62,119 nt of DNA from Syntrophales bacterium (GTDB lineage: Bacteria; Desulfobacterota; Syntrophia; Syntrophales; UBA8958): the NCBI GenBank assembly GCA_041664405.1, contig JBAYKV010000001.1, positions 1 through 62,119 on the forward strand. Reading direction: 5' to 3'. Shown piece after piece: positions 1 to 9,187 of the stretch (its first letter is position 1; every line of letters begins with the position of its first letter). The notes under the pieces were generated by a model. That model was not told where the DNA came from, made no database searches, and was given only the letters and a program-made list of their open reading frames with translations. The position numbers and the translations under genes are program-made.

Positions 1-1911
1 CGTATCCTTGGCGAAGAATTTGATCGTTGTCGTGGCGTTAACGGCGATGGGGGTGCTGTAAACGGTTGATTCCATGTTCGGCGTCGATCCGTCCGTCGTG
101 TAGTAGATCGTCGCCGTCTCGTCGGTGGCAAGGGTGACATATTTTGGGGTTTTGTAGATCCACGCCGTGGGATACACTGTCGTCACTGGGGGCAGCGAAT
201 CGAGAGTGATCGTTGCTGCTACGGCACTGGACCAGTTCCCATTGTTGTCCTTGTATTTCACGTAAACTGTTTTAGATCCATCGCCTGAAGAAACTGTCCA
301 GGCCTTAGTTGTACCGTAGGTTTCGGCAGCACTCCAGGTGGTATTGTCGTTGGAAAATTTCATCTCCGTTACGCCACTGGGGTCCGTAGCCGAAATCGTC
401 AGAGTCACGGTAGGAGTCGTCGCATAGACCGCCCCGCCGTTGATCGTTACCGTCCCCACGGCAAAGGTTGCTGTGATGGTCTTATCGCCGTCCATTGTTA
501 TTTGGCAGGTTGTCGATTTACCTTGGCAGCTCCCGCCGGACCAGCCGGCGAATGCCTCTCCAGCGTCAGCTTTCGCCGTCAAGATGACGTTTGTCCCTAT
601 GGAGAAGGGCACACTGCACTCAGAGGTTGCAGAGGAGCAGACAATGCCTGTGGGGGTGATGGTTACCGCCCCGGAACCAGACTTTAAAATGACCAAAGAA
701 GTAAATGATCCAGACTCTCCGGATCGCACGGGCCATACACAGCCGCTGTTAGACTTAGCGCTGTAGCCCACGATGCCAAAGTACATACCGACCATCCATG
801 CGCGCTTGGCGCTGCTGACGTAGGTACTGGACGACCAATAGCTGGACTTCTTAACATTAGAAAATCCTTTCGAATTCAACCACGTAGCGAGATCAGACTG
901 GCCGGCGCTCACCAGGCTCTTCAACTCATTAAGGTTGGGTATTCGCCAGTCGTTATACCCGAGGTAATTGTTTGTGTTCAGGCATTTCACGTAATCGAGA
1001 GCGCCCTGCCAGGTCTTGGTTGTGCTGGGACCGCATACCGATGGTCCAGGCGCATTGCCGTCCTTCGTCCATATTAATCCCGTAAGGTTGTCCATCACCG
1101 TCTCATCTCCCTTATCGGCAAAACGCGTCTCCGGCCAGGCCACACCTATCTGGAGTTTTCCGTCCTGCCCCCTTTGTCCCGTTCCGGTGCAGGCGATCGT
1201 ATCGCCATCGGCGTTGTAACACATTGTCTGCCCTGTTCTAGGCAAAGAGATGACCGAAGAACCCAATGCCTCAGACTGTCCGGAGTGCACGGGCCATACA
1301 TAGCTATCGTAGGATTTATCGTCGTCGGATACGCTGCCATCGTCTACATCGACGCACCATGCCCCACTGGTGTAGCTGGAGGAGGTACTGGACGACCAAT
1401 ATAAGAATTCTTGAGCACCAGATAAGCCCTGCAAATTCAGCCAATAAGCTGTACATGACTGACCGGAGTTCACCAGGCTTTCCAATTCATTACGGTTCGG
1501 CAGACGCCAGTCGTTATGCCCCAGGTAGCTCTCCTGGTTTAGTTTCTTGATGTAATCGAGGGCATGTTGCCAGGTGACGGCACCATCACGAGCGGTAGAA
1601 TCGTTGTCGAAGTCGGGGTCCCGCGTCTTCATGACATTGCCGTCCTTCGTCCAGATCAGCCCCGTAAGGTTGTCCATCACCGTCAGGTTGCCGTTGTCCG
1701 TGAATCGAGGGTTCGGCCAGTTCGCGCCCGTCCTATGTTCCCCATCCTGCCCCGTCCCGGTACAGCTAATTACAGTACCGCTTGCATTATAACAGGTCGT
1801 TTGTCCCGTCTGAGGAAGCTGGATTACTCCTTCGGCCTTAACAATAAATGGAGTGAAAGCCGCGAGGAAAACAATGAACATGACCGAATATCTTATTATG
1901 CTGTGTTTCAT
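1..1911 (-). CDS. Secreted repeat protein with two DUF1566 (Lcl C-terminal-like) modules plus InlB-B-repeat-like and chitobiase-C-like segments; C-terminus runs off the left window edge
   Basis: Absent from the ORF track because there is no stop in the window. My hand translation of the reverse strand is open for all 637 codons from the ATG at 1911, with GGAGGTGG just upstream. Signal peptide MKHSIIRYSVMFIVFLAAFTPFIVKA. Duplicated signature: TGQTxCY...TGLIWTKDGN...ALDY...YLGxNDWRxPNxNELxSLV...YWSSST...VWPVxSG. Followed by GWSGGSCQG and TIYYTTDGSTP motifs. Confidence 0.7.
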   Translation of the reverse strand, partial: MKHSIIRYSVMFIVFLAAFTPFIVKAEGVIQLPQTGQTTCYNASGTVISCTGTGQDGEHRTGANWPNPRFTDNGNLTVMDNLTGLIWTKDGNVMKTRDPDFDNDSTARDGAVTWQHALDYIKKLNQESYLGHNDWRLPNRNELESLVNSGQSCTAYWLNLQGLSGAQEFLYWSSSTSSSYTSGAWCVDVDDGSVSDDDKSYDSYVWPVHSGQSEALGSSVISLPRTGQTMCYNADGDTIACTGTGQRGQDGKLQIGVAWPETRFADKGDETVMDNLTGLIWTKDGNAPGPSVCGPSTTKTWQGALDYVKCLNTNNYLGYNDWRIPNLNELKSLVSAGQSDLATWLNSKGFSNVKKSSYWSSSTYVSSAKRAWMVGMYFGIVGYSAKSNSGCVWPVRSGESGSFTSLVILKSGSGAVTITPTGIVCSSATSECSVPFSIGTNVILTAKADAGEAFAGWSGGSCQGKSTTCQITMDGDKTITATFAVGTVTINGGAVYATTPTVTLTISATDPSGVTEMKFSNDNTTWSAAETYGTTKAWTVSSGDGSKTVYVKYKDNNGNWSSAVAATITLDSLPPVTTVYPTAWIYKTPKYVTLATDETATIYYTTDGSTPNMESTVYSTPIAVNATTTIKFFAKDT

Positions 1912-1922
1912 GAAACCACCTC

Positions 1923-2039
1923 CTACATGAGGGACGATCGTTTCTTCTGTCTGTCATACGGGATAAGCCAAGAGTGAACATTGATAACGGAGATGATCAG
2001 GAGGACTATAAGACCCCATATTTTCGTTGCTTTCATCAT
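1923..2039 (-). CDS. Possible 38-aa single-transmembrane peptide upstream of the surface-protein gene
   Basis: Internal ATG-ATG at 2039/2036 of track ORF 1923..2165, preceded by AGAGG. Peptide MMKATKIWGLIVLLIISVINVHSWLIPYDRQKKRSSLM has one hydrophobic helix. Its TAG stop lies inside the GGAGG of the downstream gene. No family recognised. Confidence 0.25.
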   Translation of the reverse strand: MMKATKIWGLIVLLIISVINVHSWLIPYDRQKKRSSLM

Positions 2040-2598
2040 TGTACCTCTAAAAGAAGCGGCATGACGTCTAGCTAAAGGGTTGTGACGCTGCTGGAGGCTC
2101 AAAATTGCGAACTCCAGCGTATTCGTTGGCCCCGGTTCCTTAGAGAATCGGACACCGGACACCAAAATCCCTAATAACTATATCATAAGTGCCGAGGAAA
2201 TAGCATCCATAATTTTCGATAGAAATCAAACGTTTTCTTCAAGGCTGCCGATTTGTGCAGTACTGGAAGTTTTGGATAGCACCTTCATTATAAAAATTCG
2301 GGCATGAACATCTGCACGTTGCAATCGGAACTGAACAGGTGAAGCAGAAGAGAATTCAGACAGTGCCACCTACCGTGTGCACCAAAAAGCAATGAGAGCG
2401 TAAATCTTAAATGCCGTCTGAATCCAGCACATTCTGTTCTGTACGCTTTGAAAATTCACGTGTGGGTATATCTTGTAATTGATAGCGGTCGGGAAGCTTA
2501 CCATCTTTTGCCGGTCTGCCTTTGAGAAGCCAGCTAGCATGAGGGACGTTATATTTGATGGAAAAAGTAGATAAAGTTGTACACCTTCCAACATCTAA

Positions 2599-2880
2599 TT
2601 ATCCGTCCAGGAACACCGGCCCCGCTCCTTGCCGTTTGTCCTTATGATAATGATACGCCAGATCCACCAAGCGCATGAAATATTCATAATCCTGCTTTGC
2701 GGCTTTGTATTGCGAAATCGCTATCAGGTCTTCATTCTCCTCAAAAAACCGGTTCAGCAACTGTTCATGGGCTATTTGGAATGTCCGCAGAGCTTCAGGG
2801 TTGTCACCTATAAGATCGTATTGCAGGCGGAGATGGAACACGGTGTGTCGGAGGATGGTTATGGATTCCAGTTTGTTCAT
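2599..2880 (-). CDS. Hypothetical 93-aa helical protein tightly linked downstream of endonuclease I
   Basis: Track ORF. Its start lies 5 nt after the endonuclease I stop on the same strand. No signal peptide and no recognisable motif. Confidence 0.5.
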   Translation of the reverse strand: MNKLESITILRHTVFHLRLQYDLIGDNPEALRTFQIAHEQLLNRFFEENEDLIAISQYKAAKQDYEYFMRLVDLAYHYHKDKRQGAGPVFLDG

Positions 2881-2885
2881 GATGT

Positions 2886-3677
2886 CTATTTCTGCAATGC
2901 CCTACATGCCTGATCGACTATCAGGTTGATGTTGCCTTGAATCTCGGCGATCCTACTGGCACGTTCACATTCCCATTTGTCCACTGGATCAGCCTTGTCC
3001 CATGCCTGGAAAAGTTTCTCATTCTTGCCAGAGATAATCCCACGCCCCGGATAAGCTCGGTCCATATACATATAAGTTCTGGCAACCTCCCCTCTGACTT
3101 CTGGACGAGGTTCAATTTTTCGGTCTTCGATCTTAGTCCTACATTCCCAAAAACGGTAGTTGGAGCCCGGGATCATTGCCATTGAATAGTTTGACCGAAG
3201 TCTGTTGACCTCGCCGATAGCGGGATAGAGATTATACATGTCGGCTTGCATTAGGCGATATGTCTGGTTGACTTTCTCTGCACATTTCCGGCCCTTAAAA
3301 GACTTTCCTTTGTTGTCCACGCAGTCTGGGTGGCCTTCGCGCCATTCTGAGAATGATTGGCCAAATGCCTCTGCTGGAACAACATGTTCCCATTCTATCC
3401 TGTGTGCTCTCTTATAGTCCTTCTGGGGCTTGTATCCACAGGAGGCGAAGTTCACTTCTTTCTTCTCGTCATACTGGCATCCACAGTATATGTCGATCCG
3501 ATGTTCTGATTCCTTGTAAACGACTCTTTCGAGGAGCTTCTTAGACTTGTTGAAAGATTCATTGGTGGTGTTGCCAGGCTGATCACCTTCAGCACCTATG
3601 ACGGCGCCTGATGTGGAGAAAATGATGGAAAAGATGAAGATGAAAAAAAGAGATAGAAATATAGATTTTTGCTTCAT
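2886..3677 (-). CDS. endA: Secreted endonuclease I (EndA/Vvn/Dns family, His-Me finger)
   Basis: Signal peptide MKQKSIFLSLFFIFIFSIIFSTSGAVIG. Family motifs IEWEHVVPAEAFG and MYNLYPAIGEVNRLRSNY. Several Cys residues, as in periplasmic members of the family. Confidence 0.85.
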   Translation of the reverse strand: MKQKSIFLSLFFIFIFSIIFSTSGAVIGAEGDQPGNTTNESFNKSKKLLERVVYKESEHRIDIYCGCQYDEKKEVNFASCGYKPQKDYKRAHRIEWEHVVPAEAFGQSFSEWREGHPDCVDNKGKSFKGRKCAEKVNQTYRLMQADMYNLYPAIGEVNRLRSNYSMAMIPGSNYRFWECRTKIEDRKIEPRPEVRGEVARTYMYMDRAYPGRGIISGKNEKLFQAWDKADPVDKWECERASRIAEIQGNINLIVDQACRALQK

Positions 3678-3860
3678 TATGGCTAATCTCCGGTGGCTAG
3701 TATTAATTGCGGTATCAGTCCGGAACGAACAATTATGATATCTTACGTCTCAAGTGTTCTGTATTCTTCGTTATCTTGATCGAAGACTTCAATATTGAGA
3801 AGATTGCCAATCCTGTTATCATCAAATGTTCGACTCCATAAAGTACTTGTTCTTTACAAA

Positions 3861-4142
3861 TTAATCATTTAAGGTATTACTCAATATATTTGATGGCTTG
3901 AAAGTGACGACCTTTCTCGCACTGATTGTCATTGCTTCGCCAGTTTGTGGATTTCGACCTTTTCTATCTTTCTTTGATTTGACAGTCCATTTTCCGAACC
4001 CTGAGATTTTTACTGCTGTGCCTTTTCCGAGTTCTGTTTTGATAATGTCGATAGTCGATTCCACAATGGACGCGCATGATTTTTTGGGTAAATCAGCTTG
4101 TTCGTAGAGTAGATCAATAAGATCGCTTTTAGTCATTGTCAT
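3861..4142 (-). CDS. ihfA: HU/IHF family DNA-binding protein (IHF alpha-like)
   Basis: 93 aa. Motif ISGFGKWTVKSKKDRKGRNPQTGEAMTISARKVVTFKPS matches the HU/IHF beta-arm signature (GFG...R.GRNP.TGE...I..R.V..FKP). Confidence 0.8.
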   Translation of the reverse strand: MTMTKSDLIDLLYEQADLPKKSCASIVESTIDIIKTELGKGTAVKISGFGKWTVKSKKDRKGRNPQTGEAMTISARKVVTFKPSNILSNTLND

Positions 4143-4187
4143 AATTATGCTCCTTGATAATGGTGATTTCTCCTCCGTAAACCGGGA

Positions 4188-4610
4188 CTATTTTGGTTGG
4201 ATACAGACTTGGGATAGGTCCAAGGTAAATTCGCAGGGGGACAAGGGTTTAGCTTTCCATCGGTGCTGGTCCATCCGAGCGGTGCAACCGGTATCTTCAA
4301 GTAGGGCGGCGAGGCCATCCTCAGTGCAGACGAGCACGGCAGTATGACCGTTCTGTCGTAGCACGCGCAATTTGTAACTCTGGAAGGGTTCAAGGAGACC
4401 TGGATCATGCTTTGTAGACAAGATGAGGAGCTCATCGTCGGGTAGGTCCGCCCCAAGTCCTTTGTAGCGCACGGTGGACTCCACCGCACTGCTCAGCTTT
4501 GTCAGGGCAGAACCCAGTTCGTTCATGTCCCTTATCGACTGGGCCTGGGAGTTGGCGCAGCCAAACAGCAGCAGTATAACAATGATCAGAGAGAGGTGTG
4601 AGGTTTTCAT
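4188..4610 (-). CDS. Small lipoprotein of unknown function
   Basis: Lipobox LLLFGC after a hydrophobic signal sequence (MKTSHLSLIIVILLLFGCANSQ). Its start overlaps the stop of the upstream gene (ATGA). Confidence 0.65.
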   Translation of the reverse strand: MKTSHLSLIIVILLLFGCANSQAQSIRDMNELGSALTKLSSAVESTVRYKGLGADLPDDELLILSTKHDPGLLEPFQSYKLRVLRQNGHTAVLVCTEDGLAALLEDTGCTARMDQHRWKAKPLSPCEFTLDLSQVCIQPK

Positions 4611-5545
4611 ACAGTACTCCAGAAAGTTTTGACCTTGTTCTCATCTTCCCCGGTGTCCAGGTTCCAGTTGCGCAAAAAGCCTTCGGCCAGACTGGTTTTG
4701 CGCAACACATCCGAGGCCACCACAGCCCAGCCGCGTACTACATTAGATACGCCCTTGTCGAAGATGTCGTCGTAGTTCATGCGCTTGTTGCCAGGGACCT
4801 CCAGATTGTCGATATACTGCCGGTCGACGTCTTCGAAGAGAGGGTAAACGCTGCCATCCAGAATCTTCGGGGCAACATGGCGTGCCAAGGCCACTAAACG
4901 ACTCTCAGCGATATGGTCCACGATATCCTCGAAGCAGTCATGCCACACGTCGATACGAGGCCTGTTGGTCGTGTACAGAGCTGTATCTACGTCCTTGAAC
5001 ATCTCTTTCCAGACATAAAGAATATCCGGATCGATCTTATCCTCATCCTTAGGATCGGAGCATCTACAGATGCCATCCTTGAGGTGACTGGCGTAGTGGA
5101 TGTCCAGGTTCATTCGTTTCTGGAAAATGTATGTATCCTGATTCATTTCGCAGGTGCGGTGCGCCTTCTTGTTCTCCTCATACGGTCCTACCTTGATTCC
5201 CACCATGGGATGTACAGTTACGTCCATGATTACGTGGGCTGTAAACCCAAGGAGCCAGGCCAGTGCCTTCTCCCGCGCTACGTTTGGTGGCATTTCAGTC
5301 AACACCCGGATGCCCACTTTGATTCTGTCACCGGTGTGGTTCCAATGCATAGCGTCGGCCCAAGCTGCGGCCATATTCCCGTCGACAACGTCCAGATATG
5401 GGTAATCCGGACCGACAGATCCAAGCTCGACGAATCTCAGCCACTCAGATACGATGCTCAAACCCTCGCGCGGGAAGCCTTCATGCTCTTCCAACCGTTC
5501 CCTTGCCACATTAACCGCCGTGATATGCGCATACGCTCCAGGCAT
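4607..5545 (-). CDS. Zinc-dependent phospholipase C / P1-nuclease superfamily protein (cytoplasmic form)
   Basis: 312 aa with a strong GGAGGGG RBS. His/Asp-rich motifs AHITAV, GPDYPY, MHWNHTGD and GFTAHVIMDVTVHP resemble the Zn_dep_PLPC family. No signal peptide. Confidence 0.55.
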   Translation of the reverse strand: MPGAYAHITAVNVARERLEEHEGFPREGLSIVSEWLRFVELGSVGPDYPYLDVVDGNMAAAWADAMHWNHTGDRIKVGIRVLTEMPPNVAREKALAWLLGFTAHVIMDVTVHPMVGIKVGPYEENKKAHRTCEMNQDTYIFQKRMNLDIHYASHLKDGICRCSDPKDEDKIDPDILYVWKEMFKDVDTALYTTNRPRIDVWHDCFEDIVDHIAESRLVALARHVAPKILDGSVYPLFEDVDRQYIDNLEVPGNKRMNYDDIFDKGVSNVVRGWAVVASDVLRKTSLAEGFLRNWNLDTGEDENKVKTFWSTV

Positions 5546-5840
5546 GTCCCCTCCTTCTTTTACTGCGGATCAAAAATAGAAACCCCAACATTCTTCAAAA
5601 GAAGCGGGGCTTTTATGGGGATATTCCAAGTGTCCCTCCGAATGATTAAACGGGATAGAACTTTCTGGAAACTTTATGAAGTTAAACTTGTAACTATATA
5701 TCACTATTTACATTTAAAATAAAGCGCTTAAATACATAGTTTTTCTCTCTTGCTTTCATGCAAAAAATGTCCCTGATTTTCAGGAAAATCAAGCTTCAAA
5801 AGCATAGTTATGCAGTGTTGTATGATTTCGATTTTCCAAG

Positions 5841-6039
5841 ATGCGCGCGCTACCTATCCACACTGAATACAACATCATTCTCCTCGATACGGGGCGTTGT
5901 AATTATCGACAGATAATTGACTTGCCTTACGGATGCTTATGCCATGATCAAGGTCATGTTCCAGGTTTTCGAGAGAGAGGCATTTAGTCTCGTGGTTAAT
6001 GCTGCAAACAGTTTTTTACCCTATCTTGACGGCAAATGA
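5841..6039 (+). pseudogene. Frameshifted remnant of a MinD/ParA/FlhG-type ATPase gene
   Basis: Frame A reads ...EYNIILLDTGR... (Walker B-like hDxxG). After a frame change, frame B reads TDAYAMIKVMFQVFEREAFSLVVNAAN, which resembles the MinD/FlhG DAYAxIK segment. Only about 65 codons in total, with stops on both sides. Confidence 0.35.
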
Positions 6040-6304
6040 AAAAGAAAATAGCCACTATAAGTATATCCCATTCTCTCACGTCCAGAACTTCCTACAGATT
6101 GCCAAACCGTTGCATCTTGGTAAATGTTCTCGTCAGGCTCAACCCTATTTTCCCGTGTCCATGACATTCTATAGAATTGATATCTTGTTATGCATTATGG
6201 ACTTAAGGATAAAACCGATAAACGGGCTTGGCAGACCTTAAGGGGAGTTATAATTATGCTGCTATGTGAGCTTGTAGTAGGCAATATTGAGCGAATAAAA
6301 TTGC

Positions 6305-6333
6305 TTGCACTATATGTAGTAGTGCGTTATAAT
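6305..6333 (+). promoter_or_regulatory. Sigma70-type promoter candidate for the CBASS operon
   Basis: TTGCAC-N17-TATAAT lies about 130 nt upstream of the CD-NTase start. It is flanked by duplicated GCTTGCA and ATATGTAG words. Confidence 0.45.
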
Positions 6334-6463
6334 TTTCCCACAATATGTAGCTTGCAAGTATAACGGTAAAATTCTCCGATCTAGGTCTCCACAATTGGAG
6401 TAGGGATGGTAGTCAAAATATGATCAAATTACTTATATAATATCTGTACATAGGAGGAATAAT

Positions 6464-7453
6464 ATGGCGGATGTGCAAAAATATCTCGAACAGTTCCACG
6501 TAAGTATACGTATGGATTACGATATGAGCTCTACTCTGCGTGAGAAAAGAGACATTATCTTAAGGAGGGTTCGGAAGTATCTCTCAGACAATGAATTGCC
6601 CGGTTTCTCAGAGATGAACCAAGGTAGCTACATAATGAAAACAGGTGTAAAGCCTATTGGAGACTTGGAATATGATATCGATGTTGCCCTTAGATTTTCG
6701 TTCAAGGACGATGAATATTCTGCTACAGAAGTGAGGAAATGGGTCTATGAAGCAGTGAAGAACCATACAGAATCCGTTGAGGATAGGGGTCCTTGCATAC
6801 GAGTTACATATGCCGACGGATATCATGTCGATCTCGTTACTTATGCTATGTGGGAAGATCAAAGTAATATTACACAGTATCGCTTGGCTCACAAGAAAAA
6901 TGGCTGGCGGCCATCAGAACCCGCCGAGCTTATCAATTATATTCGTGATGCAATGGAGCGATTCGAAGGTACTAATGACTCTTCAACAAGTACGAATCAG
7001 TTTAGGCGAGTTGTGCGTTATTTACGCAGATGGATTGATGAAGCTATTCCTTATGAATCAGATTCGAAACCAACTGGCCTTGGCTTTGTTCTTCTTGCAG
7101 ACAAATATCTGACGAAGAAGCTTGACTGGACTGGCAAACCGGATGACAGAACAGCTCTATATAATATGATATTTACCGTATCAAATATTGTTGGGAGGAT
7201 TGTTGTGAGGAAACCGACCCAAGAATATGAGGATATGTTCGCAAAATTATCTGATGCTGAAATTAAAAAATTTAAAGTAATGATTGGCAATCTGGCTGCT
7301 ACTTTGGATCTTGCCGATAACGAACCCGATCCGGTAAAGGCCTGTGAGATTCTTAGGGAACAATTTGGGAGTGACTTTCCTGTTCCTGATCCAGAGGATA
7401 CGGCAAAGAAAACGACAGCCCCTGCAATTGTGCCATCTAGTTCTTCCGCTTAA
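6464..7453 (+). CDS. CBASS cGAS/DncV-like nucleotidyltransferase (CD-NTase)
   Basis: Pol-beta NTase core QGSYIMKTG...EYDIDVAL, with the third acidic residue in GYHVDLV. 329 aa with a flexible Ser/Ala tail ending ...PSSSSA. First gene of a Cap2-Cap3-patatin operon. Confidence 0.85.
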   Translation: MADVQKYLEQFHVSIRMDYDMSSTLREKRDIILRRVRKYLSDNELPGFSEMNQGSYIMKTGVKPIGDLEYDIDVALRFSFKDDEYSATEVRKWVYEAVKNHTESVEDRGPCIRVTYADGYHVDLVTYAMWEDQSNITQYRLAHKKNGWRPSEPAELINYIRDAMERFEGTNDSSTSTNQFRRVVRYLRRWIDEAIPYESDSKPTGLGFVLLADKYLTKKLDWTGKPDDRTALYNMIFTVSNIVGRIVVRKPTQEYEDMFAKLSDAEIKKFKVMIGNLAATLDLADNEPDPVKACEILREQFGSDFPVPDPEDTAKKTTAPAIVPSSSSA

Positions 7454-7462
7454 AGGTTCTTC

Positions 7463-9187
7463 TTGCAAGTGAATGAAACAGACAGAATGGCTGTTGAATG
7501 TGCCAAGAAAGAGCTCGTGGCAAGAGCGTTTTCTTATAAAGGAGAGAACACTTGGGAAGGAAGAATTGATATTGGTTTAGCAAAACCAATTAAAATCAGG
7601 GTAGAATTAACAGACAGATTCCCTTATGAACTACCCAATCTATATGTAGACTACAAAAGGCTTCCAAGGATTGTACCCCACGTCGATAGGAAAGGAAAGA
7701 TTTGTATTGCAGAAGCAGAAATCCTTATCGATTCCGAAAGACCTGACCAGATCATTATTGAAGCTTTAAGTATTGCAGAATCAACGTTACGTGACGGTCT
7801 GGCAGGGAAATCAGACTCCGACATCGCTGAGGAATTCCTGTCATACTTAGAAATTAATTCTAAGTCGAATTCAATTTGCAACCCAACACCAGGTTATCCC
7901 AAGGAAATTAGTTTGCTGGAGTTTAAAGGCTTTCATCACAGGCAGCCTGGGAACCTTTTTGCTGATGATCTGGAATCGGGCAAAAACTGGCTGAACAAGA
8001 TGGATTTTGAATTTTTGAGTGAACGAAAGGCGTGGTTTTATGTCCTGTCGCAGCCTATTATGCCACCTGACTATAAAACAAAGTATCGTAATAAACATTT
8101 CATAAAAGATATCAAAAACAATTCTTCTCCACAAGAGTACAGCCGTTTTATAGAATGGCTAAAGGCAGTCGGACTTCCTGCTCCTGTTCTTGTCAGTATT
8201 CCGATTTCAGAAACTTCTGGGACAACATTGTATGCAATCTATCTGAATAAACCGTCCGAAAAGGAAGCAAAAAAAGGAGGGTTTAGGGGAAAGCTTCCTT
8301 TCGATGTTGAAATTGGTTTAATAATGGTGCTTCATGCAGAACAGAGCTTGATTGTTAGATTAGACCGGCAATATCTGATAAACAGGGGCGGCGCATTTCC
8401 GGATCTGCAAGACCAATGTGTAACGATATTAGGTTGTGGATCTGTAGGTTCCTTCCTGGCGGAAAAGATCGCATCCTTGGGCGTCGGTAATATCAGGCTC
8501 ATCGATAACGATATTTTGTCCAACGACAATGTCCATAGGCATTACCTTGGCGTAGAGTGTCTTAGCATGGAGAAGGCCCATGCCATGAAGATATTTCTCG
8601 AGAATAGATTCCCCCACTTAAACATTGAATATATGCAGGATGATATTATTGATATTATGCAGGATGATATGGAATTCATAACCGGGGCTGATCTTCTTTG
8701 TATTGCCCTCGGTCACGAAACGCTTGAGCTCAATATTAATCGCATTTTGAAACACAAAATGCCTCGACTACATACATGGGTTGAACCTCTGGGAATTGGG
8801 GGGCATGTATTTGCAACTGGATTACCTGATGGAGGTGGTTGCTTCAGATGTCTTTTCGATAGAGATGAAACCTATGGCTTAAAAAACATGTCTGCATTTT
8901 CGGCACCCGGTCAAAGGTTTTCAAAAACCTATTCTGGATGTTCAGGTTTTTACACCCCTTATTCGGTATTGCATGCAGATAGAACCGCGATTGAAGCAGC
9001 CAATCTTGCGGTCGATATCTTAAAAGGGCACCGAAGGCAAAATTTTCTGTTGAGCTGGTATGGAGACCCCTGCGAATTTACGAAAGCCGGATTCAGACAA
9101 TCCGATCGGACCAGATTGGTAAAGCCAGGACAGATAATAGTAAATGATATCAGACAAATACCTGATTGCATATGCGGACAACAGTAG
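7463..9187 (+). CDS. cap2: CBASS Cap2 (E2-like / E1 ThiF-like fusion)
   Basis: N-terminal E2-like HVDRKGKICIAE with a candidate catalytic Cys. E1 Rossmann fold ILGCGSVGSFLAEKIASLGVGNIRLIDND. CxxC pair GGGCFRCLF. The track start is a TTG; the true start may be GTG 7469 or ATG 7487. Confidence 0.85.
   Translation: MQVNETDRMAVECAKKELVARAFSYKGENTWEGRIDIGLAKPIKIRVELTDRFPYELPNLYVDYKRLPRIVPHVDRKGKICIAEAEILIDSERPDQIIIEALSIAESTLRDGLAGKSDSDIAEEFLSYLEINSKSNSICNPTPGYPKEISLLEFKGFHHRQPGNLFADDLESGKNWLNKMDFEFLSERKAWFYVLSQPIMPPDYKTKYRNKHFIKDIKNNSSPQEYSRFIEWLKAVGLPAPVLVSIPISETSGTTLYAIYLNKPSEKEAKKGGFRGKLPFDVEIGLIMVLHAEQSLIVRLDRQYLINRGGAFPDLQDQCVTILGCGSVGSFLAEKIASLGVGNIRLIDNDILSNDNVHRHYLGVECLSMEKAHAMKIFLENRFPHLNIEYMQDDIIDIMQDDMEFITGADLLCIALGHETLELNINRILKHKMPRLHTWVEPLGIGGHVFATGLPDGGGCFRCLFDRDETYGLKNMSAFSAPGQRFSKTYSGCSGFYTPYSVLHADRTAIEAANLAVDILKGHRRQNFLLSWYGDPCEFTKAGFRQSDRTRLVKPGQIIVNDIRQIPDCICGQQ

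Noticed and set aside
2398-2598. An open frame continuing after the stop of the 93-aa gene, in the same frame (...LSTFSIKYNVPHASWLLKGRPAKDGKLPDRYQLQDIPTREF...)
   Set aside because: It has no ATG, GTG or TTG start in frame and no family I can name. It is possibly a decayed gene tail, but there is insufficient evidence. The overlapping track ORF 2370..2594 is in another frame and featureless.
4913-5722. 269-aa plus-strand ORF opposite the phospholipase C-like gene
   Set aside because: It is antisense to a gene with a strong RBS and family motifs, and its translation has no recognisable features.
5999-6241. 80-aa ORF in the spacer upstream of CBASS, and the similar 74-aa ORF at 53602..53826
   Set aside because: Both lie in AT-rich intergenic DNA, lack RBSs, and have low-complexity translations.
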